Positions 23,876 through 38,417 of a stretch of DNA of 64,000 bases are shown piece after piece. The stretch lies in NCBI RefSeq assembly GCF_006345805.1, contig NC_043013.1, forward strand, positions 19,902,001 to 19,966,000, written 5' to 3'. The stretch's first letter is position 1. Each line of letters starts with the position of its first letter. The translations under genes were made by a program, and so were the position numbers. The notes beneath the pieces were generated by a model. It did not search any database and was not told the origin of the DNA. It saw only the letters and a program-made list of their open reading frames with translations. Source of the stretch: Octopus sinensis (lineage: Eukaryota).

Positions 23876-24154
23876 TGTGTGCGTGTGTGTGTGTGTGTGT
23901 GTATTTGTGTGTGCGTGTGAGCATCTATGTGTACATGGCGGCATGTGTGTGTGTAATTGTGTGTAGCTATGATTGAAGTACGGTGTGGTACTTGTTATTG
24001 GCCAAAAGCAATTTTCAAACGAAATACTTTTGAAAAATGATGGAGTATGTCATAAGCTTTGTAAAAATAACATACTCTAGAGCACGCATTGAGTATTTTC
24101 TTTCTCGTTACTTAAAGTCAAAACATCCGTAGCCGATGTCTGAACTCCGCAGTT

Positions 24155-24218
<64 letters not shown>

Positions 24219-24405
24219 TGTGTGTGTGTATTCGAATACATGGCGTATAGTCGAGACTCATAAACGTATATATTATATAAACACACACGTATACATATAT
24301 ATACTTATATGCTTACATACACCCATATTATATATATATGCATGTATATATATATAAATGTATATATATATATATATACAAACACCACACACACACACAT
24401 ATATA

Positions 24406-24446
<41 letters not shown>

Positions 24447-24834
24447 TATACACACACAATATATAATACATATATAATATATATACGTGGTGCGCAAGTA
24501 GGTATGTATATATCAATACACATATATGCAAATAGTTAGATATATGTATATATGCATGTGTGTGTATGTATATATGTGTGAATGTGTGGGTATATGTATG
24601 TGGTTATATATATTGCTAGAAATTAAATTATGAAAATAAACACATATATTCCAATACAGAGAGTTCCATTAGCAAGGCATCTTTCAAAGAAGAATTATAT
24701 TCGAAAATTTGATATCGTTCTGAGACGGGATGAATTAAGTTTATGTGAATAGACAGTTATACATACACACATACATGTATATACACACGCACACACATAT
24801 GTATATGTGCAAAAACTGTCTGTCTGTGTATTAT

Positions 24835-24885
<51 letters not shown>

Positions 24886-25130
24886 GTATGTATTTATAGA
24901 TATATATATATATACATATGTATGTGTGTTAGTAGAGGTACGTTTAAATAGATAATTGCTGCCATTCATAAAATAAGATTAAAGGGAAGCGAGAAAGTGT
25001 AATAAAATGAATTCTAGAGGGGTAGATCTAACACCCCATATATACACAGAGATGTGTCACTACATATGTACACACATATACATCTATATATATAGATGTA
25101 TGCATATATGTATATATATGTACATATATA

Positions 25131-25164
<34 letters not shown>

Positions 25165-25398
25165 CATATATATATGTATATGTATATCTATATCTATATA
25201 CATACATATATATATATATATGTATATACACATGTATTGTTGCATACATAACGACGCATATTCGTACATTATTATATAGGTCCCTACGCAGGTACACGTA
25301 CAAACGTCTACATACAGCGGACTGAACATGAATAAAAAGAATATTAATAAAGATGAAAGATTGACGTATGCACGTGTACGTACGTAACTGATGTGTAA

Positions 25399-25443
<45 letters not shown>

Positions 25444-25764
25444 ATATATATATCGTGAAAGTGGAAATAGATTTATATATTTTATAAACGTGTAGAGAAC
25501 GTATACATGTGAATATACATCCGCATTTACAGACCAAAAAAACGGATATATATATTTGTATGGATACATATATATATATTATATATTATAATGTATATTA
25601 ATATTTGTTTATGTATATGTATATATGGATAAGTATATTTGTTACATACGTATATATATATGTATATATATATAATATTCATATATATATATATGTATTT
25701 TATATTTGTTAATGTATATGTATATATGTATAAGTATATTTGTACATACGTATATATGTGTATA

Positions 25765-25795
<31 letters not shown>

Positions 25796-25924
25796 ATATT
25801 CATATATATATATATATATATATGTACATATACATATAAATGTATACGTAAATAAATATACATATAGACATACAATATAAATACGTATATATACATACAT
25901 GACTGCACACACACACACACACAT

Positions 25925-25968
<44 letters not shown>

Positions 25969-26819
25969 AGAAAGACGTTATGTTCCTTCTGATGAAGATG
26001 AGGTCTTTCGTACGTGAATGCTCATTATATACCGGTATATATAGGAAGGCATATATATTTTCGTGGATATAGATAGACCTATACATATATGTAATAAATG
26101 AATTTAGAATGTGTCCGGTTGTTGTTTATGTTGTTGTACTTATTAATGTTGTTATTTTATATTTCTTTTCCAATATAAAGAAGATTTTTACAGATCTTTT
26201 AAGGCCGAGTTTAGAGTAAAATTACAGTAAGAAAAGAGTTAGTCGGTGCAAGACTAAGAGCTGTAAAGACGGTACGGGTGTTAGCAAATCTGCAGCGAGT
26301 CATAAGGAAGCCGAGCGGATGTTTTGGAAAGAAGAGGAAAGAAAAGTGACTGACGATGCTATATAGACCTAGTTGAATATATTGAATATGTACATGTATG
26401 CACCCCGGGTATTTGAAAGGATGTGCATTCAGACGGAGATTGCAATTGAAAAATAAATTAAGTGTGTGAATGTGTTAAGAGATAGAGTATATTAAAGCAA
26501 GTTTATATATTGGCGAAAGTGTGTGGATAGGGACGAACAGACAGAAAAATCACATGGCCAGAATGGATGCATGTAGAAATGGCTATAGTCTCAGCTGTTT
26601 ATGTAGGTACTTGCATATGTACGTCTACGACTGTGTATGTGTGTGTGTGTGCATGTATGTATATAGACACGCACACTTATACAAATACTCATATAACCTA
26701 TAACACCAATGGAATAACTAACTTACTTAAACCTTGAAAATATGTGGTTATGTTAGTGTGTATATATATATGTATAAACATAGACATATACACGTATATA
26801 TCGATATATATATAGACAT

Positions 26820-26865
<46 letters not shown>

Positions 26866-26996
26866 GCGTACGTACATATATAGGTACAAACATGCATATA
26901 TACACATATATATATATATACACATATATACATATTTGAATATATACATATACAAATATTGCTTGTATATATATACACATGTATATATATTATATA

Positions 26997-27036
<40 letters not shown>

Positions 27037-27534
27037 CATATACACCACACATATATTATATATATGTGTGAAAATATGAATTGTGTGAGCGCTTCCAGGA
27101 ATATATTATTATTCTGGTATAGTGAGAAAGCTTTTCATTCTTTTTTATATGTGTATGTGTGTGTGCGTGTGCGTGCGTGCGTGTGTGTGTGTGTGTGTGT
27201 GTTGTGCGTGTGTGTGTGTGTGTCTGTGTGTCTGTGTCTGTGTGTGTGTGTACACATATCAGAAATGATAATAAAGGCCAAGTTGAAAGTGCCATGTGAT
27301 AGCTTCATTTGTGGCCGACATTGGTAAAATGTGCACGGGGAGAGATCTCTATAGAGACACATAAATTAGAATCTGCAAGAAAATAGAATTATTCACAGAC
27401 ACACACACAAACACACGCGCAATAGACACACCACGTACATATGCATACTCGACTACATTTACACAAGCACACATTTGCAGACACACTCAGATGTATTTGT
27501 GGGGAGAGAGTTTGTGTTTTCTGTTTTGGTGTGT

Positions 27535-27608
<74 letters not shown>

Positions 27609-27888
27609 GCATGTCTGTGTATGTCTGTATGCATGTGTGTATGTGTATAATTGTAAAATTAAAACAAAATGCCAATATTTACAAGAAATAAATAATTACA
27701 GAATGGAAAATATTAATAATAATGTGAATATATGAATAAATTGGATTGGATGTGGTGAATTTGTTTTTTAGAAAGAAGCGTATGTATATATCATACAGAT
27801 ACACATAAACACCCACAAATACACACACGTAGAGGTTGGTGGGCCGATGGGTTCTGGAGGTTGTGTTAATAGGGACAGACAAGTTGTC

Positions 27889-27951
<63 letters not shown>

Positions 27952-29007
27952 CATCTATATTTCTCTCATTTTTGTCTGTACATACACACATATGTATCAT
28001 TTCACAGATATTTGTATATACATGTGCATATGTATGTCTATGCATATATGTGTATGTTTGTGAGTGTCTGTGTGTGTGGTTGTGTGTGCTTGTGTGTGAG
28101 TGTAAGAGTGCTTCTGTGTGTGTATGTTTGTGTGTGTGTGTATGTGTGTCCATTATATCTAGGATATAACATTTATGATTTCCCTCCACACATCCGCATT
28201 TAGAATTCTTTAATTTTTTCATGTAAATATATCAGTATCATTGTAGCTGTATATATTTATACAAGGCGGCGTTTATGTGTGTTGGTACGTGCGTGTGTGC
28301 GTATGCGAATGCGTGTGCTTTTGTGTGTTTATATATACATACACACACACACATATATAATTATCTCTACTTACGTGCGTATATATGGATATACATATAT
28401 CCCCCATTCCTTTACAGATTTATGCTTATTGTTATAATGCATAAATTTCTACATGAAAGTTGAGACTGATATTTATCTAAATAAACCGAAGCATAAATCA
28501 ACCATGATTTCCTCTCCCATTAGAACCAGCAGCGTGCATTATGCTCTGATTGAAATTGCTTCCCGTATTTTATTTTTTGTTATATATATTTATATCTTTG
28601 TGTACTGTATTCGTTAGAGTTGCTCATTATAATTGGACAAGTGGGTGGGTATCATCTATATTCTTGGTGGATGAACATGGTAAAAAAATAACGAAACCAA
28701 TATAAAAATTAGCATTGATATTATTTATATTTTGGTTTCATATTACTTTACTCAGAAATTAAGATAAATATTTATATACGAGGATTAATAATAATAATCA
28801 TGTTTGTTTGTTTTAGGGACGAGGACCGAAATATTTTGAAGAGTGCATATTTAGCCTCTTTAAGAGACTGTTATTATGTTTGACCGATCTGTGGAAATGA
28901 AAGGCAAAGAACCCGAGCGAAAATAACCGTAGGCCATTTTGTCAAAATGCTCTACCAATTTTGTTCATCCATCGGCCTCCAGTATTAATCATTATCAAGA
29001 CGGAGAA

Positions 29008-29420
29008 AGGCGGCGAGCTGGCAGAATCGTTAGCACGCTGGGGAAAATGTTTAGTGGCATTTCATCAGTTTTACGTTCTGAGTTCAAATTCCGCCGAGGT
29101 CGACTTTGCCTGTCATCCCTCGAGGTCGATAAAAGCAAGTACCAGTTGAATACTGGAGTCGACGTAATCGAAAAGTGTCTTCCCCGAAAATGTCAGGCCT
29201 TGTACCTATAGTGGAAAAGATTATTAAGACCGCGACTTGGCGGAATATTGAATGCTTAACAACATTTCGTCCGTCTTTACGTTCTGAGCTCAAATTTTGT
29301 CGAAAGCTGAAAAGAGGAGTCAATGTAATCGATTTATCCACTCCCCGAGATTGCTGTCCTTATGCCAAAATTTGAAAGCAGATATTAAGACGGCAAGCTG
29401 AGAGAATCGTTAGCATATTC
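29008..29420 (+). mobile_element. Meta-like SINE (tail B) followed by older degenerate copies
   Basis: GGCGGCGAGCTGGCAGAATCGTTAGCAC head, conserved core and tail CCCCGAAAATGTCAGGCCTTGTACCTATAGTGGAAAAGATTATT. A second decayed core lies at ~29280. Confidence 0.8.
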
Positions 29421-29489
29421 AGCCCGTATTAATAATTATGCGAAATTTTGACATAAGGAAAAGAATTTTATGCCGGGTGGCATAATCGA

Positions 29490-29838
29490 GTCCGTTGACT
29501 CTAGTACTTCATTGTTGGTTTTCAGTGTTTCGGTTTCTGGTCCTGGGAATACGTTATGTTCCTTGAGCAAAACACATCATTTTATGTTGCTTCAGTTTAC
29601 TCAGCTAACAAAGATGAGTATTCCTGCATCAAGGATTAAACTTTTAATAATTTTGATATATATTTAAAATAATATAAATTAATTAATTTTATTTATTGGC
29701 TTAAGTTTTTCATTGTTTGATTTGCCTAATAGTGGTTTTATCTCTAATTTAATATAATATAATATTTTACTATAAAATTGGATTCAATCCTAAATCTGAT
29801 TTTTCCCTGTAATTTTGGATTTATTCCCTATATTTTAT

Positions 29839-29889
<51 letters not shown>

Positions 29890-30164
29890 TTACTAAAAAG
29901 CACCAACAATATCACGAAAACTATTACTCAGAGTTTCATGTTCTTGTTTGTCGGATAGTTTTGTTTAGAATGGAACAAAAACTAAGTTATAAGCAAAAAT
30001 ACACAATTAGTTTAATAGAAACACATTTGAAAACGGTTTAGCTTCATTGGTCTTTTCAACTAACGGTCTTTTTCTAGACGGTTGCATGCAAGGAACATAA
30101 CATATTCCCAGGTCCAGGAACCGAAACACTGAAAACCACCAATGAAATACTAGAGTCAATGAAC
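29490..30164. repeat. Pair of ~76-bp inverted repeats (29490-29565 and 30089-30164) around an AT-rich spacer
   Basis: GTCCGTTGACTCTAGTACTTC...GTTCCTTG vs the reverse complement of CAAGGAAC...GAGTCAATGAAC, about 90% identity by eye. Confidence 0.75.
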
Positions 30165-30779
30165 AAATTGCGGTATAAAAACATCATCTTATAAAAACTC
30201 GAAGAAAACCTTAAATCGAAAATAGCTTATAAAGAAGGGCAGAGCCTTAATACCCAGCTAAACGGAATATCCAATTGTCCTCAGATACTTTCGAACGCCA
30301 TGATGTAATACTCTCTGTCCCTTTCTATTTTCCCTTTCTTTCTCTTTTCTGCTTCTCTTTCTTTTATTTCTTTTTTCTTTTTTTCTTCTTTTCCAGTTTT
30401 CTTCCTCCACCCCTCCTCGTACTTAATATTTTCTGATTCTTCCTCTCTTCTTTTCGCCTGTAACAACTAACTAGTATAAGCATACGCCAGGAAATTTTGT
30501 GCGCGTGTGTGTGTGCGTACATACATACATATGCATTTACATATATATATATTTATGTCTTTAGTAAAATTTAGTAAAATCACACACTGACAGGTCAGAA
30601 TACAGTTTGCAAAAAATTACATTCTGGAGCTTAGACAAATGTATTTAAGGCACACAGTTTAGCCATCTCGCCACAGTTGTAAATTGTAAAACATAACTAT
30701 CACCACTACCACATGAACCTGAAGATTGCATAGTGTAATGCATGAAAATACTACACACACATACACAAACGCACACAGA

Positions 30780-30802
30780 TAGGTAGGTAGATAGATAGAT
30801 AA

Positions 30803-30884
<82 letters not shown>

Positions 30885-30895
30885 GGGTAGATAGA
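30780..30895. repeat. (GATA)n microsatellite
   Basis: Directly visible. Other GATA/TATC arrays lie at ~26820-26866, 27890-27955, 31335-31440, 32631-32700, 56660-56740, 56965-57042 and 59099-59254. Confidence 0.95.
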
Positions 30896-31362
30896 TATGT
30901 TACAGGAATCTGCGTTTCATAGCTGTGTCTGTAACGTGTTGGCAGCTGCCTGTTGAAATTCAATTCAAATCCATTGTACGTGTCCTTTCGATCTTCTGAG
31001 AAGTCTTTCTTTTGGCATGTTTCTATTCACCTCCTTCTGAGGAAAAGGTACTGGAACTTCCAGTAATGTATATATGACGGTAATGGATTTATGAGGAATA
31101 TATGGAGCTTTCGGTAATGTATATTTAATGGAAATGTATGAGGCCCACAAAAGCGGGCCTCATATATTTTTCTTTCACATAATGGTAGCGGAATTACGTG
31201 CTGATTTTATTAAAGTTCCATTGATAGTTACGGGTTTTAGTATTCAGATACACTCTACTTCCAAATTCCTGAAGCATTTGAACTCATACATGTGAAGACA
31301 TATATCAATCTATGGTATAAACGTCAAAATATTGATAGATAGATAGATATATATATATATAT

Positions 31363-31440
<78 letters not shown>

Positions 31441-31442
<2 letters not shown>

Positions 31443-32590
31443 CTTTTTATTGTAGCCACACAGGGCTAAACACAGAATAAAAATGGACGAAATACAATGT
31501 AGAATTTTTTCTTTCGAGGTGGGAGGTGGGGCACAAAAAAAAAACGTTTGATCAATAGGGATCTGTGGGTTGTGTGGTGTATAAAAAAGCAATATATATG
31601 TATATATATATAAGGTTCACAGTTTAGGTGTAGCCTTGGAAAGAAAAACCTACAAAAAAGACCAAGGTCACCTCAGATAATTCGAAAAAGAATACATGAG
31701 TAAGTCGCCTTACTTCTCGTTGTCTCTTTTGGTTACAGATTTATGCTTAAAATAGTGTCGTCTTTCATACTGACCATTTTTGCCACTTTTACCCACTTTT
31801 TATTAAAACATTTGTTCGACAAAGCCTTCCTCTCTATTCTCATCCTCCTTTTCAATTGGTACTTTAAAAAGTTGACGAGAGACTGACCAGAGAGGAAGGT
31901 GTTTGTTTGCAATTCTTTCAAACGCGTCCACCACACACATTGTTTCGCCATAGCCATCAGCGTAACGACCTACACGTGACAACAGCTGTTCGACGAAGGA
32001 CCACAGCTCTGAAATATCTGGACACTGCACGAGTGCGTGCAGAACGGTTTCGTCGCTCTGACCGCATCTCGGGCAGGTCGGTCCGGTGATGGTTTTCTAA
32101 CCGTGTCTGTAGCTCTTCTCTCGAACAGGTAGTGCGTCTCGATAGCACTGCCAAGCCAGGGATTTCTGGAAGTTATCCATAGGCCCCGGCCCGAACGTCG
32201 TCCTGAAAATTGGTCAAAATTTTCGGAAAATTGTTGGTGAAAATTTTCTGTGAAAATTTTGGAAAAATTTTTGGTCAAAATTTTCCAAAAATTGTTGGTG
32301 AAAATTTTGGAGGAAAATTTTCGGTGAAAATTTTCGTTAAATTTTTGTGTAAAATTTTCGGGTAAAATTTTCGAAAGATTTTTGGGTAAAACTTTCGAAA
32401 ATTTTCGGTTCAAATTACAGAAATGAAATGGGGTTGAAACTGCCCCTAGGGGCGAACTCCTCCCTTGGAAAAGCACTCAAACGAAAGTTGGGTGCCTTAC
32501 AGACCTTATTTGCAAAAATGTACACAAAATATGGGCTATAAATAGTCAAAATAAACGATTACCTTCGGAGCCGAAGTGACAGCACGCCCG
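31441..32590 (-). mobile_element. Tx1/L1-clade LINE derivative: ORF2 C-terminus (CCHC zinc finger) + 3' UTR, preceded by a tandem-repeat 5' block, embedded in (GATA)n
   Basis: Minus strand 32205-31733 reads RTTFGPGPMDNFQKSLAWQCYRDALPVREK..YRHG..TGPTCPRCGQSDETVLHALVQCPDISELWSFVEQLLSRVGR / MAMAKQCVWWTRLK...KKWVKVAKMV...*. The C-x2-C-x8-H-x4-C pattern is the zf-RVT of L1/Tx1 ORF2. That the 5' block belongs to the element is inferred. Confidence 0.8.
32206..32410. repeat. Tandem array of ~12-bp units built on palindromic AAAATTTT (about 17 units)
   Basis: GAAAATTTT(C/G)GGT-like units are directly visible. Confidence 0.9.
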
Positions 32591-32601
32591 TAGATGGATG
32601 G

Positions 32602-32702
<101 letters not shown>

Positions 32703-32759
32703 GTAGAGACAGGGGAGGAAGAGAGGAAAGTGGGAGAGAGAAAGAGTTAATTAAAAATA

Positions 32760-33070
32760 ACTGGTACTTTTATTTACCGAGAGCAAGACAATGTTGACTT
32801 CGGCGCAATTTGAACTCAAAATGCAAAAGGAATTGAATTGTTCGAGCCGTTAGAGCATCGCACAGGTGGCTTTCATAATTTGTCCCTACTTTCTTTCCTC
32901 TGATCTCAAATCCTCCCCAGGTCATCATTGCCTTTCATCCCTTTCAGGCCGGTTAAGACATGCAGCACCAATCTAGGGGTGCTGCATAGCAGAACCGTGA
33001 GAACGTTAAATCTGATACCTTGCAGCATTTTTTATAGTTCGGCTCTTTGCGTTTTGAGTTCAAATCTCAC
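32760..33070. mobile_element. Degenerate Meta-like SINE fragments in both orientations
   Basis: Minus-strand core remnant GTTGACTTCGGCGCAATTTGAACTC (~32793). Plus-strand remnants TTGCCTTTCATCCCTTTC (~32928) and GTTTTGAGTTCAAATCTC (~33051). Confidence 0.55.
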
Positions 33071-33558
33071 CATTGTCTACTTGTATGTTAGACCTTGGGA
33101 CTTAAGGAGGCCCTATAACGGGTGATGGGGCACTGTATTCTCTCCTGATTAAAAAAAGGATAAGAATATAGCAGGCAGACTAATTATCACCAGACATTTG
33201 TCCGATGTCCATACGATGTTGCCAATTAGCAATGTGAAATACTAAACATCAACGTCTTAAGAATGAAAATGTTGACCAGGATTATCATTAAAGACATTGC
33301 AACTACTGCTGTCTCGTCTGTTAATGGATATCTACGATTACATTAGTTAATGCTTCTTTCTTGATAAAAGACAGTTGGTTTTCACTTCAGGGGAGATTTC
33401 AGCACTATTTCTAATAAGTGCAGCAGCTACTTAGGGCTTCCTTCGTAAACTCCATATTTATATATGTATGTATGCATATAAATATTTATATATATATATA
33501 TGAATATGAATATGAATATTTATATATGAATATATATATATGTATATGTGTATATATA

Positions 33559-33623
<65 letters not shown>

Positions 33624-33737
33624 CATACATACAGAAACACACACACACTCACACACGCACACAAATGGATATATAATCCGTATTCATATAACAGTGTAAG
33701 GCATTATATCAACCGATTCTCGCAGTACTACTACTTC

Positions 33738-33788
<51 letters not shown>

Positions 33789-34689
33789 TGATAATTGTCC
33801 AAAACAAAATTCTCCCCCAAGTGAGACTGTCGTAAGGAATGTACTAAAATATCATAAAGAAATCAGATTCCATTAATGGTCGAAGACATATATTGATCGG
33901 TCATTAAATGATAGAACAATAAAACGCCATTAATATTGTTTTATCGTCTTGCAGTCGATCAAGCAATTAGTTCAATGAAGCGATCACATTGATAAATATG
34001 ACACAACCATATCCCTTCATTTGTCACAAAACTTTTAATCATAGATGTCTACCATCACATCACATTTTGTCTGGTTTGTTTTGATTTTTTTTGTTGCTGC
34101 TTTTTTGTTGATTTTTGTTTTTATTTTTAATGTTGTTGATGTCACTTGTACCTAAAACGATGTCTGGTACACCTCTTAGTCAATCAGTTGGGCATTTACT
34201 TATTTGTTTGTTTTATTTTATTTTATGTTATTTATTTATTTGTTTGTTACACAACTAATCATATTCGAAATAGAAATTCTTCACAACTGTCTCCCCATCT
34301 TTCTCAGCCGCCAGCCACTCAGTCAGTGTTGATGTTATGTTTCTGTGTGGTGGGCTCATACAGTACTTCAAAATTTGTTTCAAAGTTTAATTCAAATTTG
34401 TTTAGTTATTAACAAAGCTGACTACCGAAGAAGTAACATACGCAGGGATGCCTGCTGCAAAGGAGATACACAGTAAAAACGAATCTAACGTAGGAGTTAA
34501 TTGATTAGGTGTACCGTGAGAATTTAATTAAAACTACAGCTATATTGATGACAATAATAACCTTAATGAATAATTATGACCAAAAATGCCAGGAGAGATG
34601 ACCCTGGATGTTAAGCTAAAACTTAGTAAAAGCAGAATACAGTAGGTAGGTGAGGAAGTGAATTTTATGTTTTGTGGTATTACATTCTC

Positions 34690-36540
34690 TGTATGCAAAA
34701 CATACAATATACACTCAACCTTGAAATAATATAATGTAAACCATACAACCCACTTTCAACACAATCGCCGCCTCTCAATATCTTACATACTATCCAAGGC
34801 AGAATCACCACTAAATGATATAACATAATGCATACACAACATACTTTATACACCACACATATATTCCATGCAAAACATACTATATACAACATATACTTTA
34901 CACATGATATACATTTTATAAAACGAGTGCGTTTCTCAACGTGTCCACAATGCATCATACATTTTACGTAATATACTATATGCAGAATAAGTTTCTACAA
35001 CACATATTTTACACGATGCATACTTTTCATGATACATACTTCAAGCAACACATACTTTACATTAAGTAAGTCAAACTGCTGAGTCTGTATGGGCCGTATT
35101 GCTCACATACATGTTGCCATATGGGCTGCATATTTTTAAATACAAGATTATAACAAAGACTCCGGTCATGCCAGTTCTTTATTATTAAATAAATTTATTT
35201 AAAAAAAATTTATTTGCTCATCAATAATCCTATTTTTTAAATCAAATTCTTGTTATTTCTATTAATCATTTTTGTTTTTCCAGTATGAAAACTCTAGCTA
35301 CGCCACTCGCAGGTGACATTTGTGTTCCAAAAGGGCTGCATGCGACCCGTGAACCACTTATTCGACAAAATTGTGTAAAATTTGAACAATACATAATTTA
35401 CACGACACAATTCACACTACATATATTTTACACGATTATATACTTTACATAACGTGTTTTACACACATTCTATAAGCGCTGCTTTACACAACACATTCTT
35501 TACAAAACAACAGTTTAAACAACGTACACTTTACAGAAAATTATACTTCAAGCAATTCATATTTCATGTGCTTTATACAACATTAACTTTGCACAACACA
35601 CTCTCTATTACAAAAACCTTTATACAACACCAACATTGCAGAATACATAGTTTACACAGCATATACTTTACAAAATATATTTATACAACAGAAATTTCGA
35701 ACAGCACTTGCTTTACACAATACAATGTTTGCACAATACATACTCAACACAATACATGAACAAGATACTACTTTACCTAACATATTATTTACACGCCACA
35801 AACTTTACACTCTACTGTGTATAATGCATATTTTATAAGACACATACTTTACATGACATAATCTACATAACACATTCTTTACAAAGCACGTACTTTACAC
35901 AATATTATACAAAAGTAAATACTGTACATAACATACTTTGCGCAGCACATATTTTACACACCTCATAATTTGCACAGCACATACTTTACATAACACATAC
36001 TTTCCACAATATATACTTTCACACAACATACTTTGCATAACCGATACTTTACACAACACACTTTACAGAACATAATTTACATAACATTCTTTACAAAACA
36101 CGTACTTTACATAATATTTTACATTACATATGCTTTCCACAACCCATACTTTATATAGCATATTTTGCATAACACATACTTTACACAACACATACTTTAC
36201 ATAGCACATACTTTACATAACATGTACTTCACACAACATGGGTTACGTGGTATATTCTTTGCAGAACGCGTACGTTATACAATATTTTACATAACACATA
36301 CTGTACATAACATATTTTACACAACACATACTTTACACAACATTTATTTTACACAATACATACTTAACATAAAACATCCTTTGAGAAGCACATATACACG
36401 CCACATACGTTTCTTGAGACATACTTTATACACCGTGTCTGTTACAAAAACACTCACTTTACAGAACGTATATTTTGAACAATGCATACTTTACATACTA
36501 ATCCTCTTTCAATAAAATTACACCAATCATATACTCTAAC
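34690..36540. repeat. Long degenerate ~16-bp minisatellite (consensus about ACATACTTTACACAAC), interrupted at ~35065-35390
   Basis: Many CATACTTTAC(A)CAA-like units with strong A/C strand asymmetry. The ORFs at 35454 and 36165 are translations of it. Confidence 0.85.
35065..35390. mobile_element. Old hAT-type MITE inserted in the minisatellite
   Basis: Left GTCAAACT...GGGCCGTAT and right GGGCTGCATGCGACCCGTGAACC...TTCGAC resemble GGGCCGCA-rich hAT subterminal motifs. Degraded. Confidence 0.45.
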
Positions 36541-37054
36541 ATAATCGATTCTTGGTATTAAGGCTTCGGCAACTCACAGATCTATCCAGTTAACAACCAT
36601 TAATATAGAACAACACTCCACCTCTCTCTACTACTTCGTTTCTTTCTCTTTCCCGAGCGATCAACATTACAATTTCAATAAGGTTTCATCCATTGGGAAC
36701 ATACTGGTTTATGTTACCCTCATAGACAAATAAATTTAAGGATGCCCTCGACATCAATAAAGCTTTTGGCAGGCCATGGCGGGTATTCGAGTCATTCTCT
36801 CTCTGTCTCTTTCTCTCCATTCTTCTCTCTCTCCCTCTCTCTTTCTCTCTCCCCCTCTCTCTTTTCTCACTCTTCTGCGCTCACTCTTTTTCTCTCTTTT
36901 TTTAGTTTTCTTCCTCTTTTAGTTTTCTTCCTCTACAGAAATTTTACATAGCAATAAAACATATTCTATACACACATACCAGACAGAACAACACAACGTA
37001 AAATATATATACACTACACAAATGCCAAGCAACAAAACAACACAATACACCACA

Positions 37055-37098
<44 letters not shown>

Positions 37099-37512
37099 GT
37101 ATATAATATGAATAACATACATATATATGCATATATACGTAGTATATGTGCATACTTACATCTATACGTATATATATATGTATGTAAGTATATAGTATGC
37201 ATATGTGGGCACAGGACATCACGAAACGTGTACAACAAGAATTGCGAAGTACAAATGCATGGAATATGAATTATTTTTCCGAACACTGAAAGTCACAAAT
37301 GGAAAACAAGACAAACAACATAAAGAACGGCCCTTCATCAGTTGCTGGTTGTTTTTTTACTCTCGTATTTCGAGACATATATATATATATATATATGCAT
37401 ATATACATACATACTTACATACATATATATATATATATTATATATATATATATGAATAAACAGACATACATATATAGATACATTTACATATATTGTACAC
37501 ACACAGACACAC

Positions 37513-37545
<33 letters not shown>

Positions 37546-37587
37546 TATATAAACATAGATATATATATACATACATACATACATACA

Positions 37588-37621
<34 letters not shown>

Positions 37622-38009
37622 CAGCGTACTACCGAAAACAACAGGCTTACGTTACCAGAAACAAAATTGAATCCCGCAACAAGCCAAATCTAATGTAAAA
37701 TAGAAGATCAATTCTACATATCCCGAAAGACGATCACACACGCTCACGCACACACACACGCACACACAACCACACACACACACACATACACACAACCACA
37801 CACACACACATATACACTCACAGGCAGGTATGCGCCCATACATATGCGAGTACATACATTCTCACGCACGCACTCGCGCACACACATTTACACGCTTATG
37901 CAGACACACACGCATAACCAAATGCACATATGCACACAAGGAGTACGAGAGTAATGCAACTGGCGGTGCAGTAGAAACTCGCATACACCTGTAGAAGAGA
38001 GGAGGATAA

Positions 38010-38377
38010 ATAACAGCAACAACAATAAGAATAACAACGATAACAATGATAATAATAATAGCAATAATAATAATAATAATGATAATAATAATAATGATAA
38101 TAATAATATTAATAATAATAATAACAACAACAACAATAATAATAATACAACTACAACAACAATAATGATAATAATAATAACAACAACAACAGCAGTAATA
38201 ATAATAACAATAATAATAATAATAACAACAACAACAACAACAATAATGATAATAATATTAATAGTAATAATAATAATATTTAATAATAATAATAATAACA
38301 ACAACAACAACAATAATAATAATAGTAATAACAATAATAACAATAATAACAATAATAACAACAACAACAACAACAAC

Positions 38378-38417
<40 letters not shown>

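Noticed and set aside
32206-32410. Regular short repeats suggestive of a CRISPR array, and the 168-aa ORF 31970-32476 crossing them
   Set aside because: The units are directly tandem without unique spacers and the genome is eukaryotic. The ORF is a translation of the array in a non-ORF2 frame.
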